Of a stretch of 56,485 nt of DNA, positions 9,898-19,463 are shown piece after piece. The stretch spans positions 1 to 56,485 of the forward strand of contig JALSHF010000154.1 in the NCBI GenBank assembly GCA_026982375.1. The letters run 5' to 3'. The first letter of the stretch is position 1. The number at the start of each line of letters is the position of its first letter. Origin of the DNA: Emcibacter sp. (GTDB lineage Bacteria; Pseudomonadota; Alphaproteobacteria; Sphingomonadales; Emcibacteraceae). The notes under the pieces were generated by a model that had not been told where the DNA came from, made no database searches, and saw nothing but the letters and a program-made list of their open reading frames with translations. The position numbers were made by a program, and so were the translations under genes.

Positions 9898-10365
9898 ATG
9901 GAAATTACAGACCTTATAAACCTGAACTCTATTGTACCGGACCTTAAGGCTTCAAGTAAAAAGCAGGCCTTGCAGGAATTGGCGGGTTATGCAGAAAATA
10001 TCATTCCCGTAACGCATCATGATATTCTTGATGTGTTGCTGGAAAGAGAGCGGCTTGGCACCACGGGCGTCGGGCATGGCGTTGCCATACCCCATGGCAA
10101 ATTTCCTAATCTGGATCGACCCTATGGTATATTTGCCCGCCTTGAACATCCCATAGATTTTGACTCTCTGGATGATCAGCCGGTAGATCTTGTTTTTTTA
10201 CTTCTTGTGCCGGAAACAGCCGGCGCAGATCACCTCAAGGCACTGGCAAAAGTGTCGCGAACCTTGCGGGACAAGGACATCTGTGAAAAATTGCGCGGAT
10301 CGGAGGGCGGCGATGCCATTTATGCCATCCTGACCTCATTGGCCCAAACAAGCCACGCAGCTTAA
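9898..10365 (+). CDS. ptsN: PTS IIA-like nitrogen regulatory protein
   Basis: ERERLGTTGVGHGVAIPH (phospho-His), DLVFLLL and HLKALA. Confidence 0.96.
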   Translation: MEITDLINLNSIVPDLKASSKKQALQELAGYAENIIPVTHHDILDVLLERERLGTTGVGHGVAIPHGKFPNLDRPYGIFARLEHPIDFDSLDDQPVDLVFLLLVPETAGADHLKALAKVSRTLRDKDICEKLRGSEGGDAIYAILTSLAQTSHAA

Positions 10366-10382
10366 CAGACAACACCAAATAA

Positions 10383-10417
10383 AAAGGGCTGACCCAGCGT
10401 ATCTGGATCAGCCCTTT
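10383..10417. terminator. Probable bidirectional intrinsic terminator between ptsN and the TPR-SPOR gene
   Basis: AAAGGGCTGA-C-CCAG / CTGG-A-TCAGCCCTTT hairpin between convergent genes. Confidence 0.8.
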
Positions 10418-10438
10418 ATGCATAATGAGAATATACTA

Positions 10439-11941
10439 TTAAACGCCACTAGTGGTGGGGGCCTTTTCAGGGCTTTCCTCCGGCATCTCTTTTTTCTCTT
10501 CTGTTTCTTTATCGGAATATACTTTTTGGCGGAACTCTTCTGCCTTTTCAATATCTTCTTCAGCTACGCTGCCTTCGGCGGCTTCTGGAATGCGCACCCA
10601 GCAATCCGTGCCCTGCAATCTGATTTCTTTACAGGCATTTTGCGCTTCCTCCAGGCTGGTTAACGGCCCCGCATTCAAGCGGTAATAGAATCCACTGGGC
10701 CCGCCTTTGAATTTGGCTGCACCAAGATCAATTTCCGAACGACGTGGCTCAAGATCACCAATGATATCCGCATATTTCTTTTTCAGCTTCTCCCAGCCCG
10801 GCATAAGTTCTGATTTCTTGCGATAGGCGGCAATTTGCAGAGCCCAGCCTTGCGGCCCAAGCAATGGCGGAACATTCTCTTCTACGACGGGTTCCGGTAC
10901 AATAACAGGCTCTATCACCGCCATAGGTTCCGGCGGCACTTCCACCAGACGGGCGACCGTTATATTCTTAGTGCGGTCCTCATCGACGAAAACTTCATTG
11001 GCCATCTGTGATGTATCGGTTTTAGGGCTTGCGGATTGCCGAACAACCGCATCAAATCGATCATCTGATGTAAGGCTCGCCAAAATACGGAAATAGCCGA
11101 GGCTTTCGTTGGTTAAGTCAGGGCCATTATCAATAGATAACAATCGGGATGACATCACTTCATTGCCTGAAAGGGCATAGGCCATGGCAAGATTTTGCCG
11201 GTGCGTGGCCCCGGCGTCCCGATGTTGCGCCGCATGTTTCAAGACATCGATGGCTTCATCATGACGAGATTGCAACGATAGGGACAAACCATAATTATTC
11301 AATAGCTTCAAGTTATCCGGTGCCATATCAAGGCCGTCTCTATAAACCGCCATCGCCGCCCGGGGGCTGCCCTGCATCTCAAGCGCCAAGGCCAGGCTTG
11401 TGACAGATTCGATATTTCCCGGATTTAACGACACGGCATCCTGAAGCATGGGAACCGCCATCGTTGGCCGGTTTAACGCAATATAGGTTTTGCCGAGCCC
11501 GGTTAAGGCGTGCAAATTTTGTTCATTGCGCGACAAGGCGGATTGATAGACTTCTTCCGCTTGTTGATATTGACCAATGGCCCGCAAGCTATCCCCAAGA
11601 CCGACCAATGGCTCTGAGGAAAAGGGGTGATATTTGATGGCCCGCCGATAGAGGGGAATTGCTGCATTATGATCACCGTCTGCGGCCATTTCATTGGCCA
11701 GCGCGACAAAGCTGCTGTCCGCTGCGGAAGATCTTGTCACGGTTGCGGCTTGCTGATTTCTGCCTGTATTATCATAATTGGTGGCTTGGTAATCTGAACC
11801 ACCTGAACAGGCGACAAGCAAAAGTGGCAGGGCGGCAGTAGCCAAGGCTTTGCGCAAATTTACGCCATATGCACGGCTAAAAGCGGGACCAAATTGTTTC
11901 ATTTTAAAACTCTTTTTTTTCTGCATTATCTGATGCTCCAT
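10439..11941 (-). CDS. Lipoprotein with TPR repeats (TadD-like) and a C-terminal SPOR domain
   Basis: Lipobox LLVAC; TPR repeats (…NNYGLSL…RQNLAMAYAL); Pro/Val/Glu linker; SPOR motifs WALQIAAY…YYRLNAGP…C…C. Confidence 0.8.
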   Translation of the reverse strand: MEHQIMQKKKSFKMKQFGPAFSRAYGVNLRKALATAALPLLLVACSGGSDYQATNYDNTGRNQQAATVTRSSAADSSFVALANEMAADGDHNAAIPLYRRAIKYHPFSSEPLVGLGDSLRAIGQYQQAEEVYQSALSRNEQNLHALTGLGKTYIALNRPTMAVPMLQDAVSLNPGNIESVTSLALALEMQGSPRAAMAVYRDGLDMAPDNLKLLNNYGLSLSLQSRHDEAIDVLKHAAQHRDAGATHRQNLAMAYALSGNEVMSSRLLSIDNGPDLTNESLGYFRILASLTSDDRFDAVVRQSASPKTDTSQMANEVFVDEDRTKNITVARLVEVPPEPMAVIEPVIVPEPVVEENVPPLLGPQGWALQIAAYRKKSELMPGWEKLKKKYADIIGDLEPRRSEIDLGAAKFKGGPSGFYYRLNAGPLTSLEEAQNACKEIRLQGTDCWVRIPEAAEGSVAEEDIEKAEEFRQKVYSDKETEEKKEMPEESPEKAPTTSGV

Positions 11942-11969
11942 TTCTTTAAAATTTCGCGTAATTCGAAAT

Positions 11970-12497
11970 TTATCTATTTTGGGAAGCGATTTCTTTTAAA
12001 GGAACCTGTTCTTCATTTTCCATGAAGTATAAGTCCAAAGCCTCACTGAGAATGGCTTGACAGCTTTTTCGTGTATGGGCGGATAATATCCGTAATCTAA
12101 GATGGTTTTCTGGCGCCATACGTAATGTCATAGCGATTCGTTTCGTGCCCACCGATTTACCGCTGGATTTTTTTCCATGATTAGAAGCAACATCATCAGG
12201 AACGGCCTCTTTTGAAATATTTAAATTTTCACCTGATTTATCATTGGGTGTAGGGCCATTCTGACGGGTGGAAATTTTATTAACCGCATCAATGGCATTT
12301 TCCAACGAATCTTTATCGCAAGAATCCGGCCCGCCAGCGGATGTTGATGTTGACCGACCATATTCCGGTACAGGAAAACGATTCAAAACGGCTTGATTCA
12401 TGGATAATGACGCGGGGGATGGGGCTGCGTTTCCTTTTTTTGCCAAAAGTGAGCCGGTGAGCCGTGATACGCCTTTTACATTTTTTACATTTTTCAT
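11970..12497 (-). CDS. Hypothetical ParA-partner protein with a C-terminal ribbon-helix-helix-like segment
   Basis: N-terminal LTGSLLAKKG motif, disordered middle, then KRIAMTLRM (beta) plus two helices; 4 bp downstream of the ParA gene. Confidence 0.65.
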   Translation of the reverse strand: MKNVKNVKGVSRLTGSLLAKKGNAAPSPASLSMNQAVLNRFPVPEYGRSTSTSAGGPDSCDKDSLENAIDAVNKISTRQNGPTPNDKSGENLNISKEAVPDDVASNHGKKSSGKSVGTKRIAMTLRMAPENHLRLRILSAHTRKSCQAILSEALDLYFMENEEQVPLKEIASQNR

Positions 12498-12501
12498 TTA
12501 T

Positions 12502-13212
12502 TTACGCCTGTACTTGTCTGCGGCCAAAGCCACCACGCTGAGAAGAGGGTTTTCCGTGAGTTGACTGACTTTGAAAGACAGTTCTTCTGAAATTCTTTTC
12601 CAGCCGATCATTGATATATTCCCAGAGATCCTCGATTTCCGTCGCCGATTTACCGCCGGGATTTACTTCCATAACCGTTCTGCCATCAATCATGGCAGAG
12701 GCATATTCTGTTCTGTGGTGAAGCGTTATAGGGGCCACCGTTCCATGTTGCGACAAGGCAATTGCGGCATCAGAGGTAATACGCGCGCGGGGGGTTGCGC
12801 CATTGACAACAAACATAAATGGTTTGTCCGTTCTGTCCGCAAGCTCAACAGTTCCACCGGCCGCGCGAAGGTCATGGGGGCTGGGCCGGGTGGGAATAAC
12901 AATCAGGTCTGAAACAGCAATGACGCTCTGAATCGCCAGCGTAATCGCCGGCGGCGTGTCTATGACCGCCAATTTAAATCCTTGCGCCCGCAGCTCGTCC
13001 AAATCTGTCAATAACCGTGAAACATTGGTTTGGGCAAAGGCCGGTGTCGGCGCCTCCCGTTCATTCCACCATTCTGTCAGGCTTCCTTGCGGGTCTGTAT
13101 CGACCAAAACAACGGGGCCAGCCCCTGCCAATTCGGCCTGCACGGCGACATGACCACTAAGCGTCGTCTTGCCTGATCCGCCTTTTTGCGAGGTAAACGC
13201 CAATACACGCAT
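12502..13212 (-). CDS. Orphan ParA/MinD-family ATPase (short, no N-terminal HTH; alternative TTG start 13221)
   Basis: Deviant Walker A QKGGSGKTT, DTDPQGS, IDTPP and P.RPSPHDL. Confidence 0.92.
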   Translation of the reverse strand: MRVLAFTSQKGGSGKTTLSGHVAVQAELAGAGPVVLVDTDPQGSLTEWWNEREAPTPAFAQTNVSRLLTDLDELRAQGFKLAVIDTPPAITLAIQSVIAVSDLIVIPTRPSPHDLRAAGGTVELADRTDKPFMFVVNGATPRARITSDAAIALSQHGTVAPITLHHRTEYASAMIDGRTVMEVNPGGKSATEIEDLWEYINDRLEKNFRRTVFQSQSTHGKPSSQRGGFGRRQVQA

Positions 13213-13461
13213 ATTTTTCAACCCTATCCATTTAACAAAGAAAATGTCCCAGCACTCAACTTTAACATCATTGATATTATTTTATCTTTTTGGATTATGG
13301 CGAAAAGGTCTTAAGAAAGCGTAAAATATAGATAGCTTTTTCTTTTCTAACACTTTGATAATCAATAGATTATTTACATAAATTTCATTATACTAATGAT
13401 ATAATCTTATTTCGATGACATAAATTAAGCCTTTAAAGCTCACCGGAAGGAGCGGAGAAAG

Positions 13462-14436
13462 ATGACCATGCCCTCTATAAAGTCCCATCTTTTGTCCATC
13501 GCGATCATAGGCGCCGGCCTGTTATTCGTCCCTCAAACCACCTATGCAACGGTTGCTGACGGGGTCTATGCCTATGAAAAAGGCGATTACCAGCAGGCCC
13601 GCGCAGAATGGCTGCCCTATGCCGCCCTCGGAAATCCAAATGCCCTGTATAATCTGGGGCAGCTTTCCCGCATGGGCCGGGGCACAGAGCAGGATTTTAT
13701 CAAGGCTGAAGCCTATTACCTCAGGGCCGCCGAAAAAGGCCATGTGGGTGCCCAGCGTAATCTGGGAACATTATATTATTTCGGGCGCATTAATGCCGTT
13801 GATCATACCAGGGCTTTTAACTGGCTGATCAAGGCGGCCACAAGCGGCGATATCAAATCGCAGCTTATGACAGGCACCATGTATTTTAACGGTGAGGCAA
13901 CGCAAAAAGATAATATTCGCGCCTATGCCTGGATTTTCCTGTCATCCCGGAGCGGGCTGTCGCGCGCCGCTGATGCTCTGAATAAGCTCACAAAGATCAT
14001 GACGCCGCAAGAAATCCTGCAGGCAAAGAATTTAGCGCCGACTTTAATATCCCGTCAATTATCGCCCGATGATGTCGGGCTTATGGTACGGCAACAGGAA
14101 TCTGACACCTCACCAGACTTGCATAACATCACCCCAGAGCCACCGACTTCTATCGTAGCTGCCCCCGCCCCAAAGGGGGACGCAGATAACTACCGTGTAC
14201 AGCTTGCCTCATTCAGCGCAGAAAATACCGCCCAAAAAGCCCTGAAGATATTACAGGATAAATTTCCCAAACTATTGGACGGCCATCAGGGGAATATTGA
14301 ATATGTAGACCTTGGTAAAAAAGGCGTTTTTTATCGTCTGCAATTAAGCCCGTTCAATCGTAAATCTGACGCACAGGACTATTGCCGGAAACTACAGCAA
14401 AATAACCAGAATTGTTATGTGGTCAAAAGCCCTTAA
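13462..14436 (+). CDS. Exported Sel1-repeat protein with a C-terminal SPOR domain
   Basis: Signal peptide; Sel1 repeats (ALYNLGQL…G.G, AQRNLGTLYYFG); SPOR motifs YRVQLASF…FYRLQL…C…C; RBS GGAG. Confidence 0.85.
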   Translation: MTMPSIKSHLLSIAIIGAGLLFVPQTTYATVADGVYAYEKGDYQQARAEWLPYAALGNPNALYNLGQLSRMGRGTEQDFIKAEAYYLRAAEKGHVGAQRNLGTLYYFGRINAVDHTRAFNWLIKAATSGDIKSQLMTGTMYFNGEATQKDNIRAYAWIFLSSRSGLSRAADALNKLTKIMTPQEILQAKNLAPTLISRQLSPDDVGLMVRQQESDTSPDLHNITPEPPTSIVAAPAPKGDADNYRVQLASFSAENTAQKALKILQDKFPKLLDGHQGNIEYVDLGKKGVFYRLQLSPFNRKSDAQDYCRKLQQNNQNCYVVKSP

Positions 14437-16280
14437 TTGAAAGTAACCGCCACCAAGCCGCGTACGCTATTGCCCATATATATCTCATCCGCGCGGCGAA
14501 GGTCGCTTGGCGTCAGGGATTTTTCTACTATTTTTACGGCAGGATCCTCGATCAATGATTGTCGCAAAACGCCCGCTAAAACGCCGCAATCAAGGGGCGG
14601 CGTATATAAAATATCGCCTTGTTTCAGGAAAATATTATTAAATGTGCCTTCCGTAAGGTTGCCGGTTTCATTCTCAAAAACAACGTCATAACTGCCGTAT
14701 TTTTTTTGATGAGCCTGCAGCTCCCGATCATATATATGGCGATCTGTCGTTTTATGAAACCGCATGGGATCCCTGCTATCCGTCGTTATATCCGACAGCG
14801 TGATCATAACGGGCTTATTTTCAGATAAATTATCCAGTGGCATAGAGGTTATAGAAATTTCGCCCGTTCTGGACAGCAAAAGCCTTACTTTCCATGAGGC
14901 CTGTGGGTCAAGCCAGAGAATATGGTTTTTCAGATCATTCAGAATAGCCGGTGCATCACAAGGAAAGTCAAAATACCGGGCCGATGATATAAGCCGTGAG
15001 ATATGAAGATCCAAAAAATTTAATCCGCCCGCATCCTTTTGGCAATCATCATGGACAGACCAGCGCATGGTCTCAATCAGATCAAAATCCCTGAAGTCTC
15101 CCGTCGCAAATTTCGCCTTCAACAAGCATTCATCATATTCTTCTGCCGCCCGTGAATCAGCCACAATCGCGCTTCCAATCCCCATTTCGCCCCGGCCCTC
15201 CGCATCAATAATCACGGTTCGAATGGGCACATTAAAACAGCAATCCCCATCCGGAGCCATATAACCAATGGCGCCGGTATATATCCCGCGCGGGCCTTTT
15301 TCCAATTCTGCAATAATCTCCATGGCCCTAATTTTTGGCGCGCCAGTGACCGAGCCACAGGGGAATAAAGCCCGGATCAGGTCAATGGCGCCCACATCCT
15401 CCGGCACCTGGGCCTCAATGGTTGAGGTCATCTGAAAAAGCGTCCGGTATTTCTCCACGTCATACAGACTTTTAACCTTGACAGTGCCGGGCGTAGAAAT
15501 TCTGGCAAGGTCATTACGTAAAAGATCAACAATCATCAGATTTTCTGCCCGGTTTTTCTCATCATTCTGCATAAAATGCGCATTATGGTGATCTTCTAGC
15601 GGGCTTCGCCCCCGGGGACAGGTGCCCTTCATGGGGCGCACATGAATTTTACGGCCTTTTTTCTGAAAGAATAATTCAGGGCTGAGGGATAAAACCGCCT
15701 GATCGTCAGATTTTATAAAAGCGCCATATTCTACCTGCTGTGCCTTTCTCAGGGCCGCATAATAGCTTTCAGGGCTACCGGTAACGTCAAACAAGGACTT
15801 TAGGGTAAAATTAACCTGATAAATATCGCCCGCTTTTAAATATTGGTGGATTTTCGCCGCCGCCGTTTCATATTCCGGGCGCGAAATATTTAACCTCACA
15901 TTGCTCAGCTCATAGCCCTCTCTGGCCGATATTTCTGCCCAATGGGCTTCGCTGCCCTGCGGCGTAAGTTTGATTTGTTCTTTATAGACGCCAAATGACA
16001 ATAACGGTGCCTCATAGGGCGGGCGGTAAAGCGGCGCTAACTTAGGTTCGAGTATTAACCCGGCTTCATAGCTGATCCAGCCCGCAATATAATAGCCCGC
16101 GTCAAGACAGCTTTGCATCCTTTCAAAAGCCGTGATCAGATCATCCGGGCTATTGGCCGTGATCAGATCAAGGGGATTCTGGAATAAATATGCGGCAGCT
16201 TGACCAATCCTGTTGCCCTTGGCAGGCGGCCTGTTGTTATCCAGAAAGACCGAAAAACTATCGTATTTCTTACCTGTCAT
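14433..16280 (-). CDS. pabB: Aminodeoxychorismate synthase component I fused to an aminotransferase class IV (ADC lyase-like) domain
   Basis: GDIYQVNFT, SPELFF, PMKGT, ENLMIVDLLRND and FPCGSVTGAPK; C-terminal HKTT.R, TEGTFNNIF, G.L.GV.R and NSVRG. Confidence 0.93.
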   Translation of the reverse strand: MTGKKYDSFSVFLDNNRPPAKGNRIGQAAAYLFQNPLDLITANSPDDLITAFERMQSCLDAGYYIAGWISYEAGLILEPKLAPLYRPPYEAPLLSFGVYKEQIKLTPQGSEAHWAEISAREGYELSNVRLNISRPEYETAAAKIHQYLKAGDIYQVNFTLKSLFDVTGSPESYYAALRKAQQVEYGAFIKSDDQAVLSLSPELFFQKKGRKIHVRPMKGTCPRGRSPLEDHHNAHFMQNDEKNRAENLMIVDLLRNDLARISTPGTVKVKSLYDVEKYRTLFQMTSTIEAQVPEDVGAIDLIRALFPCGSVTGAPKIRAMEIIAELEKGPRGIYTGAIGYMAPDGDCCFNVPIRTVIIDAEGRGEMGIGSAIVADSRAAEEYDECLLKAKFATGDFRDFDLIETMRWSVHDDCQKDAGGLNFLDLHISRLISSARYFDFPCDAPAILNDLKNHILWLDPQASWKVRLLLSRTGEISITSMPLDNLSENKPVMITLSDITTDSRDPMRFHKTTDRHIYDRELQAHQKKYGSYDVVFENETGNLTEGTFNNIFLKQGDILYTPPLDCGVLAGVLRQSLIEDPAVKIVEKSLTPSDLRRADEIYMGNSVRGLVAVTFN

Positions 16281-16432
16281 ATGCTCTTTGCCCAGTCACT
16301 ATACGTTGCCATTGTGCTTATAGCATTACCTATAATTATAGAACAATATGGATTTTATATTATGGACTTCACGGCCATAAGTATTATATTCACCAAAGAC
16401 GGGCAAAGAAATAAAAACTGTAAGGGGTTATC

Positions 16433-17242
16433 TTGACATTACTTCAAATTATCGTGCTTGCCATTGTTCAAGGTATAACTGAATTTCTGCCGATAAGTTC
16501 GTCCGGTCATCTTATTCTTGTCCCCAGGTTGACCGACTGGCCCGATCAGGGCCTGATGATGGATGTGGGCGTACATGTGGGTACGCTTGCGGCGGTCACC
16601 ATTTATTTTCGGGCGGATGTGGCGCGCATGATTGCCGCATTCTGGCATATGGTCACCTTAAAAAAAGATATAAACCAGCCAGATAAACGGTTGATGATTG
16701 CCATTATTCTCTCCACAATTCCGGTTGTGCTCATTGGGGGGCTTGCGTCAAAAATGGGCTGGACGGATGCCTGGCGCACGATCGAAGTTATTGGCTGGAC
16801 CAGTATTATTTTCGGCATCCTGCTTTATATTCTGGATCATAAGTGCGGCGCGGCGCGCAAGATTTCAGACCTGCGCTATGGTCACGCCATATTGATCGGC
16901 TTTGCACAGGTTCTGGCCATCATCCCGGGTACCAGCCGTTCTGGCATTACCATGACAGCGGCGCGCGGCTTGGGTTTTAGCCGAACAGAAGCCGCGCGCT
17001 TTTCCATGCTGATGTCCATTCCGACCATTCTGGCGGCAGGTATTCTCGAAGGGTTAAAGCTTGTTGAAAGCGGCAATATGACGCTCGGCCTTGATATATT
17101 CCTCGGCGCGGGCCTGGCCTTCATTACCGCTCTTCTGGCCATAGCGGGGCTCATGAAATGGCTGGAAAAATCCAGCATGACACCATTTGTAATTTACCGG
17201 GTTCTTCTGGGAATTGGGCTGCTCGCCCTCGTTTACCGGTAA
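16433..17242 (+). CDS. uppP: Undecaprenyl-diphosphate phosphatase (BacA)
   Basis: QGITEFLPISSSGH and PGTSRSG motifs; multi-TM. Confidence 0.96.
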   Translation: MTLLQIIVLAIVQGITEFLPISSSGHLILVPRLTDWPDQGLMMDVGVHVGTLAAVTIYFRADVARMIAAFWHMVTLKKDINQPDKRLMIAIILSTIPVVLIGGLASKMGWTDAWRTIEVIGWTSIIFGILLYILDHKCGAARKISDLRYGHAILIGFAQVLAIIPGTSRSGITMTAARGLGFSRTEAARFSMLMSIPTILAAGILEGLKLVESGNMTLGLDIFLGAGLAFITALLAIAGLMKWLEKSSMTPFVIYRVLLGIGLLALVYR

Positions 17243-17243
17243 G

Positions 17244-17702
17244 CTATTTAAAAAAATGAAGCTGTGAGATGATGATATCCACATTCTCATTATCGCTGGA
17301 CATCGGCAGGGTTAAGGTCGTGTAGTAATCATAATCTTCGGAGTCAACCGGGAATTTGGCTTTATGATAATAGGCTTGTTTGGTTTCTATCAAAACCGTC
17401 AAACGCTTGACGATATCTTCTGCGAAAGACACCTGATCCAATTGTAAATTGGTCCCTTCAAGCCCAAAGGCCTGAACAAGGTCTGTACCAAACAGCCGGA
17501 CTTTAAAATTGGGGTTTTTCCCGCCAACAACATCGGCCATCCATATGCCCGATAACAAATGGGGTATATCCATGGGGTTTAGGTCCTGTCGGCTGGGCAT
17601 GTGCCGGTCCCCCGTGATCCTGGCCCAATATTCAAGCAAGTTACGTTGCTTGTCAGACGTAAACCCCTGAGGGTCCAAAGCCTCTATCGCTTTATTATAC
17701 AA
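17244..17702 (-). CDS. Stand-alone PAS-like (PAS_5/DUF1457-type) protein
   Basis: L.EYW….G…PSR.DL.P…..LL, F.VRLFGT and LP.S.D pattern. Confidence 0.75.
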   Translation of the reverse strand: MYNKAIEALDPQGFTSDKQRNLLEYWARITGDRHMPSRQDLNPMDIPHLLSGIWMADVVGGKNPNFKVRLFGTDLVQAFGLEGTNLQLDQVSFAEDIVKRLTVLIETKQAYYHKAKFPVDSEDYDYYTTLTLPMSSDNENVDIIISQLHFFK

Positions 17703-17829
17703 AAACTTATCCCTTATCTGAAGCCGTAATTGTTTTATTTAGCAAGTGATAATAAACAAAATATGTTAATAAACAAGAAATAGTAAAAATATGTAATAAA
17801 ATAGATCATCTTCTATTTTACCGACCCCT

Positions 17830-17865
17830 GTTATCAGGCCCAGTTATCAGGCCCAGTTATCAGGC
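17830..17865. repeat. About 2.8 x 13-bp tandem repeat GTTATCAGGCCCA overlapping the matB stop codon
   Basis: Read directly: 17830-17842, 17843-17855, partial 17856-17865. Confidence 0.9.
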
Positions 17866-19407
17866 ATTGTCAAATAGATTTTTATACTGTTCCCGCAGGG
17901 CTTTTTTTTGAATCTTTCCCATGGCATTCCGGGGCAGGGCGTCCACCGTGATGATGCGCTTTGGCACTTTAAAGGCCGCCAGTTTTTTTGCCAAAACTTC
18001 CCGGGCCGCGCCCTCATCAATCACCCCGCCCGGATGAAGCGCAACAATGGCTGTCACCCCCTCGCCATAATCCGCGTGGGGCACGCCAATGACGGCGCTT
18101 TCGCTCACTTGCGGCAGGGCATCAATAGCGGCCTCTATTTCTGCGGGATATACATTCAGGCCTCCCGTTATAATCAGGTCTTTATCCCTGCCTGATATAT
18201 GAATATAGCCCTGATCGTCGATATAACCCAGATCACCGGTGATAAAAAAACCGTCAGGCCTGAATTCAGCGGCGGTTTTTTCCGGCATCCGCCAATAGCC
18301 CTTAAAAATATTCGGGCCGCGCACCTCGATAACCCCAATTTGCCCTTGCGGGAGCAAGTGGCCCGTCTTTGCGTCCGCGATGCGCAGCTCAACACCCGGA
18401 AGCGCGAGCCCCACCGTACCGGCACGGCGCGGGCCATCATAGGGGTTTGACGTATTCATATTGGTTTCTGTCATGCCGTAACGTTCAAGAATGGCGTGAC
18501 CCGTCCGCGCCGAAAATTCTTTATGGATTTCGGAGGAGAGCGGCGCGGAACCAGATATAAAAAGCCGCATATTCCGGACCACATCCGCCTTGAATTCCTG
18601 CAAAGCCAACAATCGGTGGTAATGGGTGGGAACGCCCATCATGACGGTGGCTCTTGGCAATAGCCCGCAGAGCGCCGCCGCATCAAATTTTGCCATAAAC
18701 AACAGGGAGCTACCCGATAAAAGCACGGTATTTGTTGCGACAAAAAGACCATGCGTATGATAGATTGGCAAACCATGAAGCAAAATATCATCAGATGTAA
18801 ATTGCCAGTAATCCCTTAAAACCCTGGCATTGGACGTCAGGTTTTCATGGGTCAACATGGCGCCTTTTGATCGCCCCGTGGTGCCGGACGTATATAATAT
18901 GGCGGCAAGGTCATCGGCCTTTCTGGGGGCGGTTTTAAAACGGGCCTCTGATTTTTCAGCAATTTCGGCCAAGCTGCCGGCCCCACTCATGGTTTGCACC
19001 TTCTTTACGCCAAATCTTGCCGCAAGCCGCTCAAATTCATCTTTGACCTGAGGACGGCAAATGGCCAGCACGGGTTCCGCATCAGCCAGAAAATACGCCA
19101 CCTCATCCATGGTATAGCCCGTATTTAACGGCAGATAAACCGCGCCTGCCCGCAGGCAGGCAAGATATAAAAATAACGTTTCCGGGCTTTTATTTACCTG
19201 AACGGCAATCCTGTCACCGGGCTTAATGCCCAGAGAAATCAAGGCATTGGCATATTTTCCCGACAATGCCAGCATATCACCATAGGAGTATTTTTCGCCG
19301 CCAGACTTTTCAGTGCCGCCTGCGACCGCCATGCCCGCCGCCTCCATGAAAGGCGCGTCTTTGCAGGTGATCCCGTTTTCTATGGCCTCAAATAAATTGG
19401 CCGACAT
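17860..19407 (-). CDS. matB: Malonyl-CoA synthetase (malonate--CoA ligase)
   Basis: YTSGTTGRSKG, LPIYHTHGL, MGVPT, ISGSAPL, ILERYGMTETNMNTSNP and RNAMGKIQK, all typical of MatB. Confidence 0.88.
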   Translation of the reverse strand: MSANLFEAIENGITCKDAPFMEAAGMAVAGGTEKSGGEKYSYGDMLALSGKYANALISLGIKPGDRIAVQVNKSPETLFLYLACLRAGAVYLPLNTGYTMDEVAYFLADAEPVLAICRPQVKDEFERLAARFGVKKVQTMSGAGSLAEIAEKSEARFKTAPRKADDLAAILYTSGTTGRSKGAMLTHENLTSNARVLRDYWQFTSDDILLHGLPIYHTHGLFVATNTVLLSGSSLLFMAKFDAAALCGLLPRATVMMGVPTHYHRLLALQEFKADVVRNMRLFISGSAPLSSEIHKEFSARTGHAILERYGMTETNMNTSNPYDGPRRAGTVGLALPGVELRIADAKTGHLLPQGQIGVIEVRGPNIFKGYWRMPEKTAAEFRPDGFFITGDLGYIDDQGYIHISGRDKDLIITGGLNVYPAEIEAAIDALPQVSESAVIGVPHADYGEGVTAIVALHPGGVIDEGAAREVLAKKLAAFKVPKRIITVDALPRNAMGKIQKKALREQYKNLFDNA

Positions 19408-19463
19408 GACGCATTTCCAAAGTTATGCTGTTAAGAGGACAGGATTAATTTCATGTGGGTTTT

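Noticed and set aside
10418-10685. Short hydrophobic plus-strand ORFs (81 and 77 aa)
   Set aside because: Antisense shadows of the Glu/Lys-rich tail of the TPR-SPOR gene.
16190-16436. Small ORFs between pabB and uppP
   Set aside because: They overlap the pabB start and an AT-rich divergent promoter, and have no motifs.
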